A stretch of DNA of 62,146 nucleotides, the filler included, from Dugesia japonica (Eukaryota), in assembly GCA_001938525.1 (NCBI GenBank). It is 6 parts of 6 records of this genome, joined end to end, with 100 filler letters (N's around TTAATTAATTAA, not from the genome) between each part and the next. Parts side by side here need not be neighbours in the genome. Positions count along the whole stretch, not along the records: positions 37,582 to 51,409 come from MQRL01609573.1; positions 51,510 to 62,146 come from MQRL01647665.1; 4 more parts are not named here. One strand, given 5' to 3'. Positions 50,625 through 62,146 of the stretch are shown one piece after another. The translations under genes were made by a program, and so were the position numbers. The notes under the pieces were generated by a model that had not been told where the DNA came from, searched no databases, and was given only the letters and a program-made list of their open reading frames with translations. The first letter of the stretch is position 1, and each line of letters opens with the position of its first letter.

Positions 50625-51340
50625 TTATGGTTATCAATACAAAATATAGGAGAAATGCTTGAAACTTTGAATGGATCAAAATATTTTACAACGATAGATT
50701 TTGGTAATGCATATTACCAGGTAGAATTAGAGAAAAGTTCAAAAAAGAAAATGGCATTTTCTACAAAATTTGGCCCATTTTGCTTAAACAGAATGCCATT
50801 TGGAATAGCTGCAGCATCAGCAACATTTCAAAAATTAATGACAAAAGTTTTAGAACCCTTAAATTGGAAGGAAGCAATTGTTTATCTTGATGATATACTG
50901 ATATTTTCTAAAACTGAGAAAGAGCATACAAAAAAANNNNNNNNNNNNNNNNNNNNNNNNNNNNNNNNNNNNNNNNNNNNNNNNNNNNNNNNNNNNNNNN
51001 NNNNNNNNNNNNNNNNNNNNNNNNNNNNNNNNNNNNNNNNNNNNNNNNNNNNNNNNNNNNNNNNNNNNNNNNNNNNNNNNNNNNNNNNNNNNNNNNNNNN
51101 NNNNNNTTTGAAAAAACTTCGTGGATTTTTATGGCTTACAAATTATTACAGAAAATTTATTAAAGATTATTCAAAACACTCGAGGATATTAGAAAGTTTA
51201 TGTGAAAACAATAAAAATAGATTAATTTGATCAGAACAATGTAAACAAAGTTTTGAGGCTTTTAAACTAGATTTAATGAAGGCTCCTGTACTTATTTATC
51301 CAAAGAATTCATACTAGATACAAATGCTAGCTTTGATACT
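50625..51340 (+). mobile_element. Ty3/gypsy RT / start of RNase H fragment
   Basis: FTTIDFGNAYYQV, RMPFGIAAASATFQ, VYLDDILIFS, LRGFLWLTNYYRKFIKDYS, FILDTNAS. Confidence 0.9.
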
Positions 51341-51509
51341 GTAAGTAGTTTCCTCAGAACCTTTTATTTTGTTATTCGTTTCCATAAAAATGAACACTTG
51401 AGTTGTAAANNNNNNNNNNNNNNNNNNNNNNNNNNNNNNNNNNNNNNNNNNNNTTAATTAATTAANNNNNNNNNNNNNNNNNNNNNNNNNNNNNNNNNNN
51501 NNNNNNNNN

Positions 51510-51750
51510 AATATATTAATTCATTAAAAAAAGCTTCGATCAAAGATTTTTTTTGTTTTTGATAATAATTCTAATTTTCGACTTTGTCTTCATAAGTAAT
51601 TGACTCAATTCTTGATGAAGACAGTCAATAATTAGAACTATTATCAAAAAACAAAAAAAATTTGATCGAAGCCTTTTTTTAATGAATTCTGAAAAACGAT
51701 CAATGGTTACATCCAACAATTATTGTCGCAATAATTGCAATTGTAAAACT
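51510..51750. mobile_element. Palindromic repeat family copy with two head-to-head decayed hammerhead cores
   Basis: Minus core at ~51567-51604 (AATTA-CTTATGA-AGAC-AAA-GTC-GAAA-ATTA-GAATT) abuts a plus core at ~51605-51640. Confidence 0.7.
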
Positions 51751-52577
51751 AATACTTACTTCATCCAATAAAAAAAGTGGATTTAATAAATTTAATTTTA
51801 ATTTAGATAAATTGTTTTATTTCTAATTGGGATTTGTTTTAATTAACTATTTTGTTTAAATCTCGATTTGTTAACCAGATTACTGCTTCAAGAGAAGCTG
51901 TTGTCAGTGTTACTCGAAAATGATTAATAATAACATTTGATCTCGTATATATTTGAAAAATACAAATTTTCTTGGGTTTTTAATTTCTTTAAAATCCACA
52001 TTTTTTATGGGAGGGAGTATGGTAACATAATTTAAATAATAATACATATATTTACACAACTTAAACTTATTACATACGAATATAATGGACATAATTTAAA
52101 TTTAATTTTTATTACATCTTTGAATATATCCTAGTTTTTAGATATTTAAATGGGGAAACATTAAAATTGTCTCGCGAGCACCCCGTTACCGACCCCTGGT
52201 GTATACTCTTAATCACAAATATATTTTGATTTATATATTTATACTTTCTATAGTTATCTATTAAACTGATCAAAATAAATTAAATCCTCTATTTAGCAAA
52301 ACAAATGTAATAAAAAGAGCACCTCGAAAAAACTAAATACTTTTGCATTTCTTTGTGCCTAATTACAAAACAATAATTACACTCAATAATTTACTTTTCA
52401 TACCTACCATAAAAGATTCTTTGCAATGATTCTGTAACATGAATTCACCAGTATTTAATTTATCCCTTTTCAAATACATACAATAACAATACAATAAAAA
52501 TTTGTAATTACGCAAATTTGAGTAAAACCGATAACCAATGTTCTTTAAAACAATTATTTAATTTTAACTTATTTTAG

Positions 52578-55500
52578 AGAACGAAATTAAAGTTTTCATA
52601 TTTCCAAATGTATCGAAAATTTATTTCATAAATCACAGTTTCACTGTTTCTTGTCAAATCTATCCATCTGAATTAATCGATAAAAATCTAATAACTAATA
52701 TAGAATTTATAGTTCCATTCATGGAAACAGAATATTTAAGCCCCACAGTTATACACATAGATAAATTTCCTTTTCCTTATCCAGCATTATGTGCAGTGTG
52801 TGTGCATACATTATTTGAAACTGTGGATAAATGCTTCATACCATATGGTGAGTTTAGATGATAAATTTAGTTTTACATTAAATATAATTATGAATGATAA
52901 TGATATAATAATAATAATGATAATTGTTAGAAACTTCTTATATTTGTAAATCAAGAATTTCAGAATTCATTATAAAAAAGTTAATTATAAAAAATTATCT
53001 TCCCCAAAAAATCAAATTCATTAGAAAAATCATGTAAAAATCAATATAATACAATTAAAGGCTATTAAAATTTACAATGCTAATTAAAGAATTCAATATT
53101 AAAATTTAATTTTATATTAATATTTAAACAACGACATAATATAAATTTGCAAACGAAACTTAATAAAATCCACTATTGAAACTTATTCCAAAATACAATT
53201 ATTACAATGAATAACAAAAAAAAATTTGTAAGTCATCTAAGTTTTAATGAAAATATAAAGTGGAAAAAAGTAACTCACTAAAATATCAAACTTTATTGAA
53301 TAATTATTGTTTTAATGTACAGTCAAATTTCGATTAGAAATCACTCTCACGAAAAACATTGATTGACCATGAAGAGTCAAATATCAAAGGCTATAAAATT
53401 TAGTAAGAATAACATTAATGATTTGTGCAAATAGTTCAGGAAGCCATAAACTCAAATTAGAAGTAATTGGAAAATCGACAAGATCTCGATCATTAAAAAA
53501 AGTTCTTAACTTACCTGTAGAATACAAATCACATAAGAATACATGGATGAACACAGAAATGTTTTTAGAATAGNATGAAGGAATATTTATATCAGAGGTT
53601 AAAAAACTTCAAAATAATATTGATAAATTCGATAAAGATTTACTTGTTCTCGATAACGCACCTTCGCACTCTATGGATTCAGATACATTAGAGCGAGAAT
53701 CTGGAAATTTTCAAGTTTATTTTCTTCTAACGCACGTCACATTTATATTACAACCTATGGATCAAGGTGTTATCGCATCTTTGAAGAAAATACATAAGAA
53801 GCAACTATTAGAAAAACTGTTATTAACTGATGAAGAAAATGATGTTGATATTGTAGATTTTATATAGTCTCTTGATTTACATCAATGCTGTTTAACGATA
53901 TATAAGGTATGAAAATCACTTAATCGTAGTTTATTAATAAAGTCTCGGAATTCACTTGTAATCAATAATATTGGTAATAATGATACAGTTCTTATACCAC
54001 AAGCGGAAAACGATACTACTACAGAAATAAAAGGAGTATATGATTCTTATAGAACAATATTCGATGATTTTAATTTAATTTACAAAAATTTACAAAAGCA
54101 TGGATTTTAATTGTGTTACAAGATCCTAGTCGTGTCATTTTAAACGACGATGAAATTGCTGCATTAGGATTAAATTCTCAAGAATGCAATGAAAATGATT
54201 TAAGTTTGTTAAAATATGTAATTGGGAGGCTATAAAGGCTTTAGAAATATTTATTAACTGGTTATTAGACCAAAGAAATACGACAGTTTTGATTATTATT
54301 GCTTAAAAACTACTGGAAGAGGCTTGCAACAAGAGAAATCAAAGTTTCAAACAATCAAATATTACCAATTTAAATTAGATATTATCCTTAATTTTTTCTT
54401 TTATTTTGACATGTTAGTAGTCCGGATAGTCGAAGTTTTACTATATATCATATTTTAAATGAGAAATGAGTAACAAATCCAATACATTTTTAATAGTTTT
54501 CGAAAAATAATATTAAACCTGCTATATACAATGTAAGTCAGAAGAAATAAAATCAATGATCACTGAGTTCGATCCCCAAACGTATATAGTTTTTTGGTCC
54601 ACATTCAGAGTAGATTTGAATCGCAAGTTGGACTCATTTTAACCAAATTATAAAAAGTTCAGTAATCAAAGAATATTTATAGAAAAAAAAGTTATAAAAC
54701 TTTATACAATTGATTTATAACCTTTTCTTATTAATGAAAAATAAATGATTGATGTGTGACCAATGTAATTTCAGTATTGTTAAACAATTTTCATTTTTTA
54801 GTTTTAAGAGTGTGTAAAATATCTTAAAAACGTTTTATGTTTTGATGCATGTTTGGTTTTTTTTCTATATTCGTATTGTGAGTTAATGTGTATTTAATTG
54901 GATGGAATAACAAACTATTTCTGAGCTTTTGGGTACTTATAATTTAGGTTTCAATTCTAGTTTTATCAAGGATAATGCACTAAAATTGAAATTTAAAAAT
55001 AATACACGTTAACTAATGTAATTAAATAAACGACCTGCTCGTCAGTTGAGTCAGTTCTTTAAGAAAAGCTAAATTTTTAAGGGTGGAAAATCTGCTCCTT
55101 TTTTTAAACACAGAAATTTAACCAAATTTACAATAAAAATAAAATATTTTGTAATAGAATAGAATGGTGTTATGCAGTATTTTCAAAATTATTCGGTGTG
55201 TATAAAAAATATAAAAACTACGTTTTACAAGAAATAAGTTTGTATGTTTGATTGATAAAATAGAATACTGCTACATAAAAATTAAAATAAAGTAATTTTT
55301 AAAATAAAATAATACTATATAATAAGACAAATGATAAGTGTCAAAATAAATAACAAAAATAAATAATTAGCGACAACAAATAATTATCAGAGTAAAATAA
55401 TTGTAAAAAATAGATCACAAATATGGTAAAGATATAATTGACTTTAACTAACTGTTGGATTGGTTGAGGATTTTAATATTATTATTGCGGTGTGGGTAGT

Positions 55501-58500
55501 TGTATTTTAGGTTTATGGTTGGTGTGGGTGTAATTTTATTTTAATTCTTTTTATTGCGAGTGATAGAAGCTTCAGATTGATTGTGATTCCAGACGCTCTC
55601 CTATTCCCCATATTCATCAAGAAATCAACACGCTGTTTATCTTTTATAAATTTTTATTCACAATCGTAAAGTGTTAATTTTTGATAATCCCTTTAATCAT
55701 GACGGATGAAGCCTTTTTCGTTTAGAGATTTTTTGTGCATCATTGGTACACCAACTGGAAATTTTTTGCTGTGCTCTCATTGATTGTCATAACATTGGAA
55801 TCAACTTGTCCATGAGTTTACATGAACTTTTGATGTAATTGGTATTAAATATTCATACCACCCTGTGTAATAAACACTTGGACCTATTTGAGACTCATTA
55901 CATTTTATTTCCGTTCATTCATTGTAATAACATCTGAATCAATTCAGCCTTCATCTCATCAACTGTAATAACAGTTGCGTCAACATTTGTCTTCTCAAAC
56001 AATTGCCTTCACATATTTCATTTCATTAACTGTACAAGGAATGATATTGACTTGTCCTTGGCATTGGAAGTTTTCATTAAATTGATTGAAATAGCCACCT
56101 CAACTAATGCACCTTCTCATTGAATTACCTAAAAATGTTTTTANTTATAANTGCTTTAGTAACAACACATCATTGAATAGCATGAATTCGTTACAGTTTA
56201 TCGATTTCAATATTGACATCTCATCGCATAACATGAAATATTTTCTGTTTACTAACTGTGATAGCAACATTATCTCCTTAAATTGCATGAGACATTTTTG
56301 GTTTAATAATTAAGATAATAACATCATCTCATTAAATTGCACAAAATATTTTCAATTTATTAACTACGATAGTCATATTATTTCATNNNNNNNNNNNNNN
56401 NNNNNNNNNNNNNNNNNNNNNNNNNNNNNNNNNNNNNNNNNNNNNNNNNNNNNNNNNNNNNNNNNNNNNNNNNNNNNNNGTAATATCATCTCATTAAATT
56501 GCACAAAATATTTTCGGTTTATTAACTGCGATAGTAATATCATATCATTAAATTGTGCTAAAATAATGTCTTTAATTTACCGAGATCAGGAAGCCAAATT
56601 TTAACATTAAAAAAATGTTTTTAACTTACCAAAACAAAATGGCAGATAAAATGGTGACTCCCTTGTTGACTAAAATTAAACGATTTATGATTTGGTTGGG
56701 AAAATCTGCCTGATGAAATTTTTTATGAATTTTTCTCTGCCATCTGCTGCTTTATACTTTCGCACATTTGCTCGATAAATTTTCTCTGTTGGTAATCGGT
56801 ATTAAAAATGCCGATTTTCCTATCTTGTGATTTGGTGTAGAATTATTATCGATATGATTAGAATAGAATAGAAATGTGTAATGATCACATTGTTGTTGCA
56901 ATTTGTTTAGTAATAATGGTATCAATGTAAAACGTAATTTTGTTTTTCTTCTTAGATTTTCAATCTCCTTTTCTCCAATTTTCCCGGGGTATTTATACTC
57001 TTAAGAGTAATTTATGTTTTTATTTGGTGGAATAAATTTAAAATTAATTCAATTGTTGATAAATTATTTTTATTTATTGCATTTCATTTTTATTATTCCC
57101 AAATCTGTTGATTTAATTATTAATTCGTTTAATAATTTGATTATTATTTTTATTGTTCGTAAATCATTTGTATTAATTGAAATTGATTTATTGTAATATC
57201 TATTATTTATTTATTATCGATTTTCTTTTTATATAATTCGTTAATATATTTTGAAATTTATATCAAGTTCGTATTTCGTGTTTGTTGAATATTATACTAC
57301 AATTTTCTGATTATTTTATCTCTACTACTTTTTCAATTGTTATTTTTGATGGGTTCTGTCTTAACATTATTATTATTATTATTATCATTATTATTATTAT
57401 TATTAATATTATTATTATTACTAATATCATTATTATCATTATTATTATTATTATGACATTTTAAATTTCAAGATTTTATATTTATTTATTTAAAAATTGA
57501 CGTTTTTTTCTTTTAAGGTTATAATATGAATATAACTATTGAACCGACTTTCACAAAAATATTTTTACCAAATAGAAACATGACTGTATACTGTAATGTT
57601 CAACCAATAGAAGTTATAACAAGACGTTTTATTACAGATATCAATTTTAATTTTTGTAATTCGTCATATTCAGCAATGTTTGAAAGAAAGTATATTATCG
57701 ATGGGGCTACCAGTGGAATCATTTGTTTTCGTTGTGGAAGTCTTGTAATATCAAATGTTTCTCGTTGTTATGAAAGATTTGGTAATTTTNNNNNNNNNNN
57801 NNNNNNNNNNNNNNNNNNNNNNNNNNNNNNNNNNNNNNNNNNNNNNNNNNNNNNNNNNNNNNNNNNNNNNNNNNNNNNNNNNNNNNNNNNNNNNNNNNNN
57901 NNNNNNNNNNNNNNNNNNNNNNNNNNNNNNTAATTTTAAATATTATAAGTATTCGTAGTTTTCGATTTAAATATTAATATTCATGTATAAAATATTTTAG
58001 ATGAGAAAATTACACTTTATATTTCTCCTACTGACACAAATGTTTACCTACCCAATGTATCTGAATACATAACGTGCCTCTCAAAACCTGATATTATTTT
58101 AAGTTTAATTAGTGATATTGCCTTTTTAAATTATAATTTATCATTTCGTAAAATATCAAAATCAGTTATCCTCATCGATGGAACCAATCGCGGTAGAATA
58201 GACCTAAAGTGTGGAAGTTCCCTTTTGGACAGCGTATCAAAATCTTACGATTACTATCGTTAATTATGTAGTTTTCATTCTAATTAATTATTGTTTAATA
58301 GAAAATCCAATTTCTTTGACTATTAATCCAAATTATACAGAAATATATACTTCTCAATTCATCTTTTTGGTAACTTGTGATTCTTTACCGCCTGAAGTAA
58401 TAACTAAAAATATCATATCAAATATCTCATTTCTTTATATTAATTCAACTTTCCCTCTGATTACATCAAGATCTATAAATATAGGCGGTCGAGATGATGG

Positions 58501-61500
58501 CAGAATTTGTTTGGGTTGTGGTCATAGAATTCTTACCAGTGTTGAAAAATGTTTTACATATTTTAGTGAGTTATATTTTTAAAATTTTCATAATTTTAGA
58601 TAAATACCTTTGAATTATAAAGTATATAATACAATTTTAAATATATATTAATTAAAATAACAATTAATAATGAAAAAATCTTTTGTTGGTGCAGTAAATT
58701 TGTTGCTTAAATACCTCGAAATTTTCTTTGACCCAAAAACGGAATTTGAATTTAGTATCGTCAAGATATTTCATAATTGAGTGTTTTAATGACTTAGCTT
58801 TTTTTCATAATGGTAATTTTTTATAAATAATACAATAAATTAGATTTTAATAAGAAATTCATATAATATATAAGAAAACCAAAGTAAAATAAAACTCGTG
58901 TCGCAGAAAAGGTAATTATTTAAAATATTTTTAAAAATGTATGAAATACTAGATCTAGATGATCTTTAAAATGGTTATCTTATAACAGAGAAAAATCAGA
59001 ACTATATATGATTCCAGTCTACAATTATAGTAACAGAAATTCATTTATAATTCTTGGTAATTCATAATGTTTGAAAAGGTAATTTTTAATAACCATTTTA
59101 ATAACAATGAATTTATTTATCATGAAATAATATAACTGTCAATTTTTTATTACTATATTTCACAGAATTTGTATTAAACTGTGAAGATAAAATATTCGTT
59201 TTAAATATTGAATGTATTAAAATTTCTACAATTATTGTGAAAATAATTGTTGGACTTCACCATTGATAGTATTTGAGATTGCATTAAATTAAAAGTTTAT
59301 ATCAAAATACTGTTTTTCTTTTATATTTATTTTTTTAATTTTTAGTTCTTGATATTATTTTAAATGTTGACCATGTCTTTGAAAAAGTCAATTCCTGTTG
59401 AAGACAACATCGAAATATAGAATTATTATAAAAAACCAAAAAAATAAATTTTGATCGAAGCTATTTTTTAATGAATTCTGAAAAACGATCAATGGTTACG
59501 TCCAACAATTATTCTCACAATAATTGCAATTGTAAATTATAACAGTCTGTTTAGATATTTGAAATTTTATTTAGTATAAATTATTTTCGACAAGAGTATT
59601 TTTTAATTATTTATTTGTATTTAATTATTATACTTATTATTGATAGAATAATTATTGGACTTAACTATTGATTGCATTTTTAAAGTTTAATTCTTTTTTG
59701 TAATTTTTCTTCAATAATTTAATTTTAAAACATTAAAACAACATTTTTATTTACACTTTTTAATTTATTGAAACGTTAATTATTCTACTGATTTTATTTT
59801 AGATGAAAAAATAAATATCGAAGTCTTACCAATCGATATCGATGTATTTCTACCAAACGTTAAAATGGATATTACATGTGAAGTAACACCTAAAAAGGTA
59901 ATAGAAAGAAAGTTTTTGACAAATATTAATTTACACTTCGATGATAAAAATAATATGGTCACGAAAATTTCAGATCGTCATGCTGTGATTTTCGGTAACA
60001 AAAATGTCGCAATTTGCTTTATTTGCGAACATCCTCTGCTCTATTTGGATAAACGATGCTATGATTACTATGGTAAGATGTTTTGGAGTTCAAATAAATA
60101 AATTAATTAATATTTTTTAAATTAAAAATCTTTCTCTCATATTATCGATTTTTTAGAGCCTTCAAAAAATGGGAAATCCGACGCAATAAATTGATTTGTT
60201 ATCTCGTTTAATCAATCTTTAAATAAGTATAAGTAATGATTTGATTGTAAAATCCAGTTTCAAAATCTTTTATTCAAAAATTAATATTTGAAAAATGTTT
60301 AAATTTTAAATCTAAAAATTTAAAACCAAATATTTTATTTATTTTTATATTTTTTAATGTAATTTTCAAATTATTTATTCTATTTACATATAACTAAATT
60401 TTAAATTGAAATTTGTGCCCAAGTTTTAAGATAAGGTCCGTGCGCACTGAATTGCTTAATTAGCAATCGTGCAAGAAGCACTGAACCACCTAATTTGGTT
60501 ATCGATTAAATTTTTGTTAAGTAATTTAGGTTAAATATTTAAATTTAAATTTTAAATTTAAATAAATTATTTGTGGGACAATTCGAATCAACCATTGGAT
60601 GAGTTATGCTTGCATGTGTTCTTTATTTAAATGAATACAGTTTATAATTTTGTTTTAATCAACAAAATTATTATTTTGTTGAAAACCCAGAAATTATTTT
60701 GAATTTGTTTAATTACAATATTTTTGGTGAGTAATTTAATTTATTTGTTTTGTTTTAATATATTATTACTGTTTACTTGATAGTGCAATGTTAAAATTAG
60801 TTTTTTTAAGTTTAAGTTACATTTAAAGTTTATAAATTTTAAGTTTGAAAATATTTCAAGTTGTGTTTTATTTGGTTTATTTGATGTATTCAGTTCATTA
60901 GGTATACCTAGTTTATTGAGTGTGTTGAGTTTATTGATTATATCGGGTTTATTGAGTACATTGACTACATTGGTAAGATTAAATTGATCAAGCGAAATAT
61001 CAATTGAATGATGACGTGGATGTATTACTAAGCGACTAATAATTACCAATCAGGTTTTTCATCGGTAGACTTTAAACTCAAACCTTAGTGAATATTTTAA
61101 TGAAATTAGCGCGTATTACTTATAAGTTTATGTATTTTTGTACGACGTTTGTATAATTCGCAATATTTAGTTGTATTTTTTATTCTTGCTTGAAATTGTT
61201 ATATTATTTAGCTGATACTATTTTATTGAAATCTGGTTTTATTTTTATGAAAGTAACGTATTTTGTAAAAAATTGTTGTTTTAGTAAACGTATTAAAATA
61301 TGTGTGTAATTGTATAATGTAAGTGTATTTTAATGAAGTTAACACAATACCTAATGAAATTGTAGTATGATTTATTGATGTTTCTAAAAATAGTTGCAAT
61401 TATTTTGATGTTATTGGTGTAGATTGATAAGATTTGAATTTCTTTTAACTTATTGATATTTGTATACAAATTTATGATCTTAGTACATTTGTCTTAATGA

Positions 61501-62123
61501 AATTTTCATAACTGTTGATAAATTTCATTAAATTATATGCTTCGATCAAAATGTTGTTTCGTTTCTTTTTATTTCGTTTTTTGAATTTTCTCGGATTATG
61601 TTTGTTTCGATTTTCTGATTATATTTTGCATGATTTGGCTACATTTTTCATTAATAAAAAGTAATTAAATTATTTCGTTTGTTTTTTGTTTGATTTCATT
61701 AAATTTTATATCCGAGGATAAATATTTGGATATAATTTTATTTATTTTTTATTTTATATCAACTTGAAAATATATACATACGTCATACATACATGAGTTC
61801 CTTAAATTATATTTCAATGAATAAAATTTATAATTATTTTATAAAATAAAAGTTTTAATTTCTAGGTAAAAGTATTGAACTTACAATTTATCCAAATAAC
61901 ACTTTGATTTTTCCTTATAACTATCAAATTAATGTATCATGCAATGTTGATCCTAACGAAGTATTATATCTGATTCGAGATATCTCTTTTACAAATTATA
62001 ATGCTTCCTCTATTAAAATTAACCAACGAGTTATTAAAATATTTGGAAATGATTCTAAAACCATTTGTTTCGAATGTGGCAGTAAAATTATTAAAAATGT
62101 TTCACGTTGTTACGAACCATATG
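52578..62123 (+). CDS. Cell-surface/secreted protein made of tandem ~86-90-aa Cys-patterned Ig-like repeats, partial; exons 52578-52847, 57518-57781, 58001-58258, 58302-58565, 59803-60072, 61866-62123
   Basis: Six open, symmetric phase-1 GT-AG exons (258-270 nt). Shared pattern: I-x-(I/L)-x-I-x-P...C-x3-P...I-x-(D/N)-I-x-F...I-x-G...CxxC-x11-C. Many N-x-S/T sites. Confidence 0.8.
53320..54444 (+). mobile_element. pogo/Tigger (CENP-B-like DDE) transposon, internally deleted
   Basis: CANSSGSHKLKLEVIGKS, LPVEYKSHKNTWMNT, LLVLDNAPSH, LQPMDQGVIASLK. Termini CAGTCAAATTTCGATTA / TAGTCGAAGTTTTACTA with TA flanks. Confidence 0.85.
56170..56560. repeat. ~54-bp tandem repeat (atagtaatatcatctcattaaattgcacaaaatattttcggtttattaactgcg-like)
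   Basis: At least five diverged units on both sides of a gap. Confidence 0.7.
59227..59540. mobile_element. Most complete copy of the palindromic hammerhead-associated repeat
   Basis: Inverted arms (acaattattgtgaaaataattgttggacttcaccattgat ... atcaatggttacgtccaacaattattctcacaataattg) enclose AATTC-CTGTTGA-AGAC-AAC-ATC-GAAA-TATA-GAATT at ~59390. Confidence 0.75.
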
Positions 62124-62146
62124 GTAATTTTCATAAATAAATAACT

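Noticed and set aside
55550-56200. Second Helitron remnant on the minus strand
   Set aside because: Only a faint VMTINES-like echo of the helicase motif. Too decayed to support.
60741-61049. ORF with 6-aa NKxxxx repeats
   Set aside because: TTG start, low complexity, antisense within an intron. Probably decayed repeat sequence.

Overview
Very AT-rich, intron-containing animal DNA. Introns of about 43-60 nt, (AAT)n microsatellites and the transposon mix suggest a planarian/triclad flatworm, which is an inference. The window is not one locus. Five identical 100-nt artificial spacers (44 N + TTAATTAATTAA + 44 N) join six pieces: 1-8426, 8527-20107, 20208-28853, 28954-37481, 37582-51409 and 51510-62146. 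Host genes, mostly partial: a ZU5-domain (UNC5-like) gene, a divergent nuclear-receptor ligand-binding domain, an intronless GT32/DXD glycosyltransferase, LOXHD1 (PLAT repeats), CCDC42/CFAP73-like exons, and a gene built from six phase-1 exons that each encode an unusual Cys-patterned Ig-like repeat. Transposon debris includes several Ty3/gypsy relics (one with Gmr1-type integrase-before-RT order), Penelope GIY-YIG, Tc1/IS630, pogo/Tigger, Helitron, hAT/piggyBac/pogo MITEs, and a dispersed palindromic repeat carrying minimal hammerhead-ribozyme cores. The most striking structure is at 21385-28853 on the minus strand. A CCAAT/TATA promoter is followed by a ~350-nt AUG-free leader ending at a single donor (...ATAA|gtaatt). 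Downstream lies a tandem array of GC-richer single-exon ORFs, each with its own splice acceptor and stop, and most with their own AATAAA. Three ORFs begin ag|TG, so their start codon would exist only after splicing to the leader's terminal A. This looks like a virus-style alternative-terminal-exon cassette of small, partly paralogous coiled-coil proteins.
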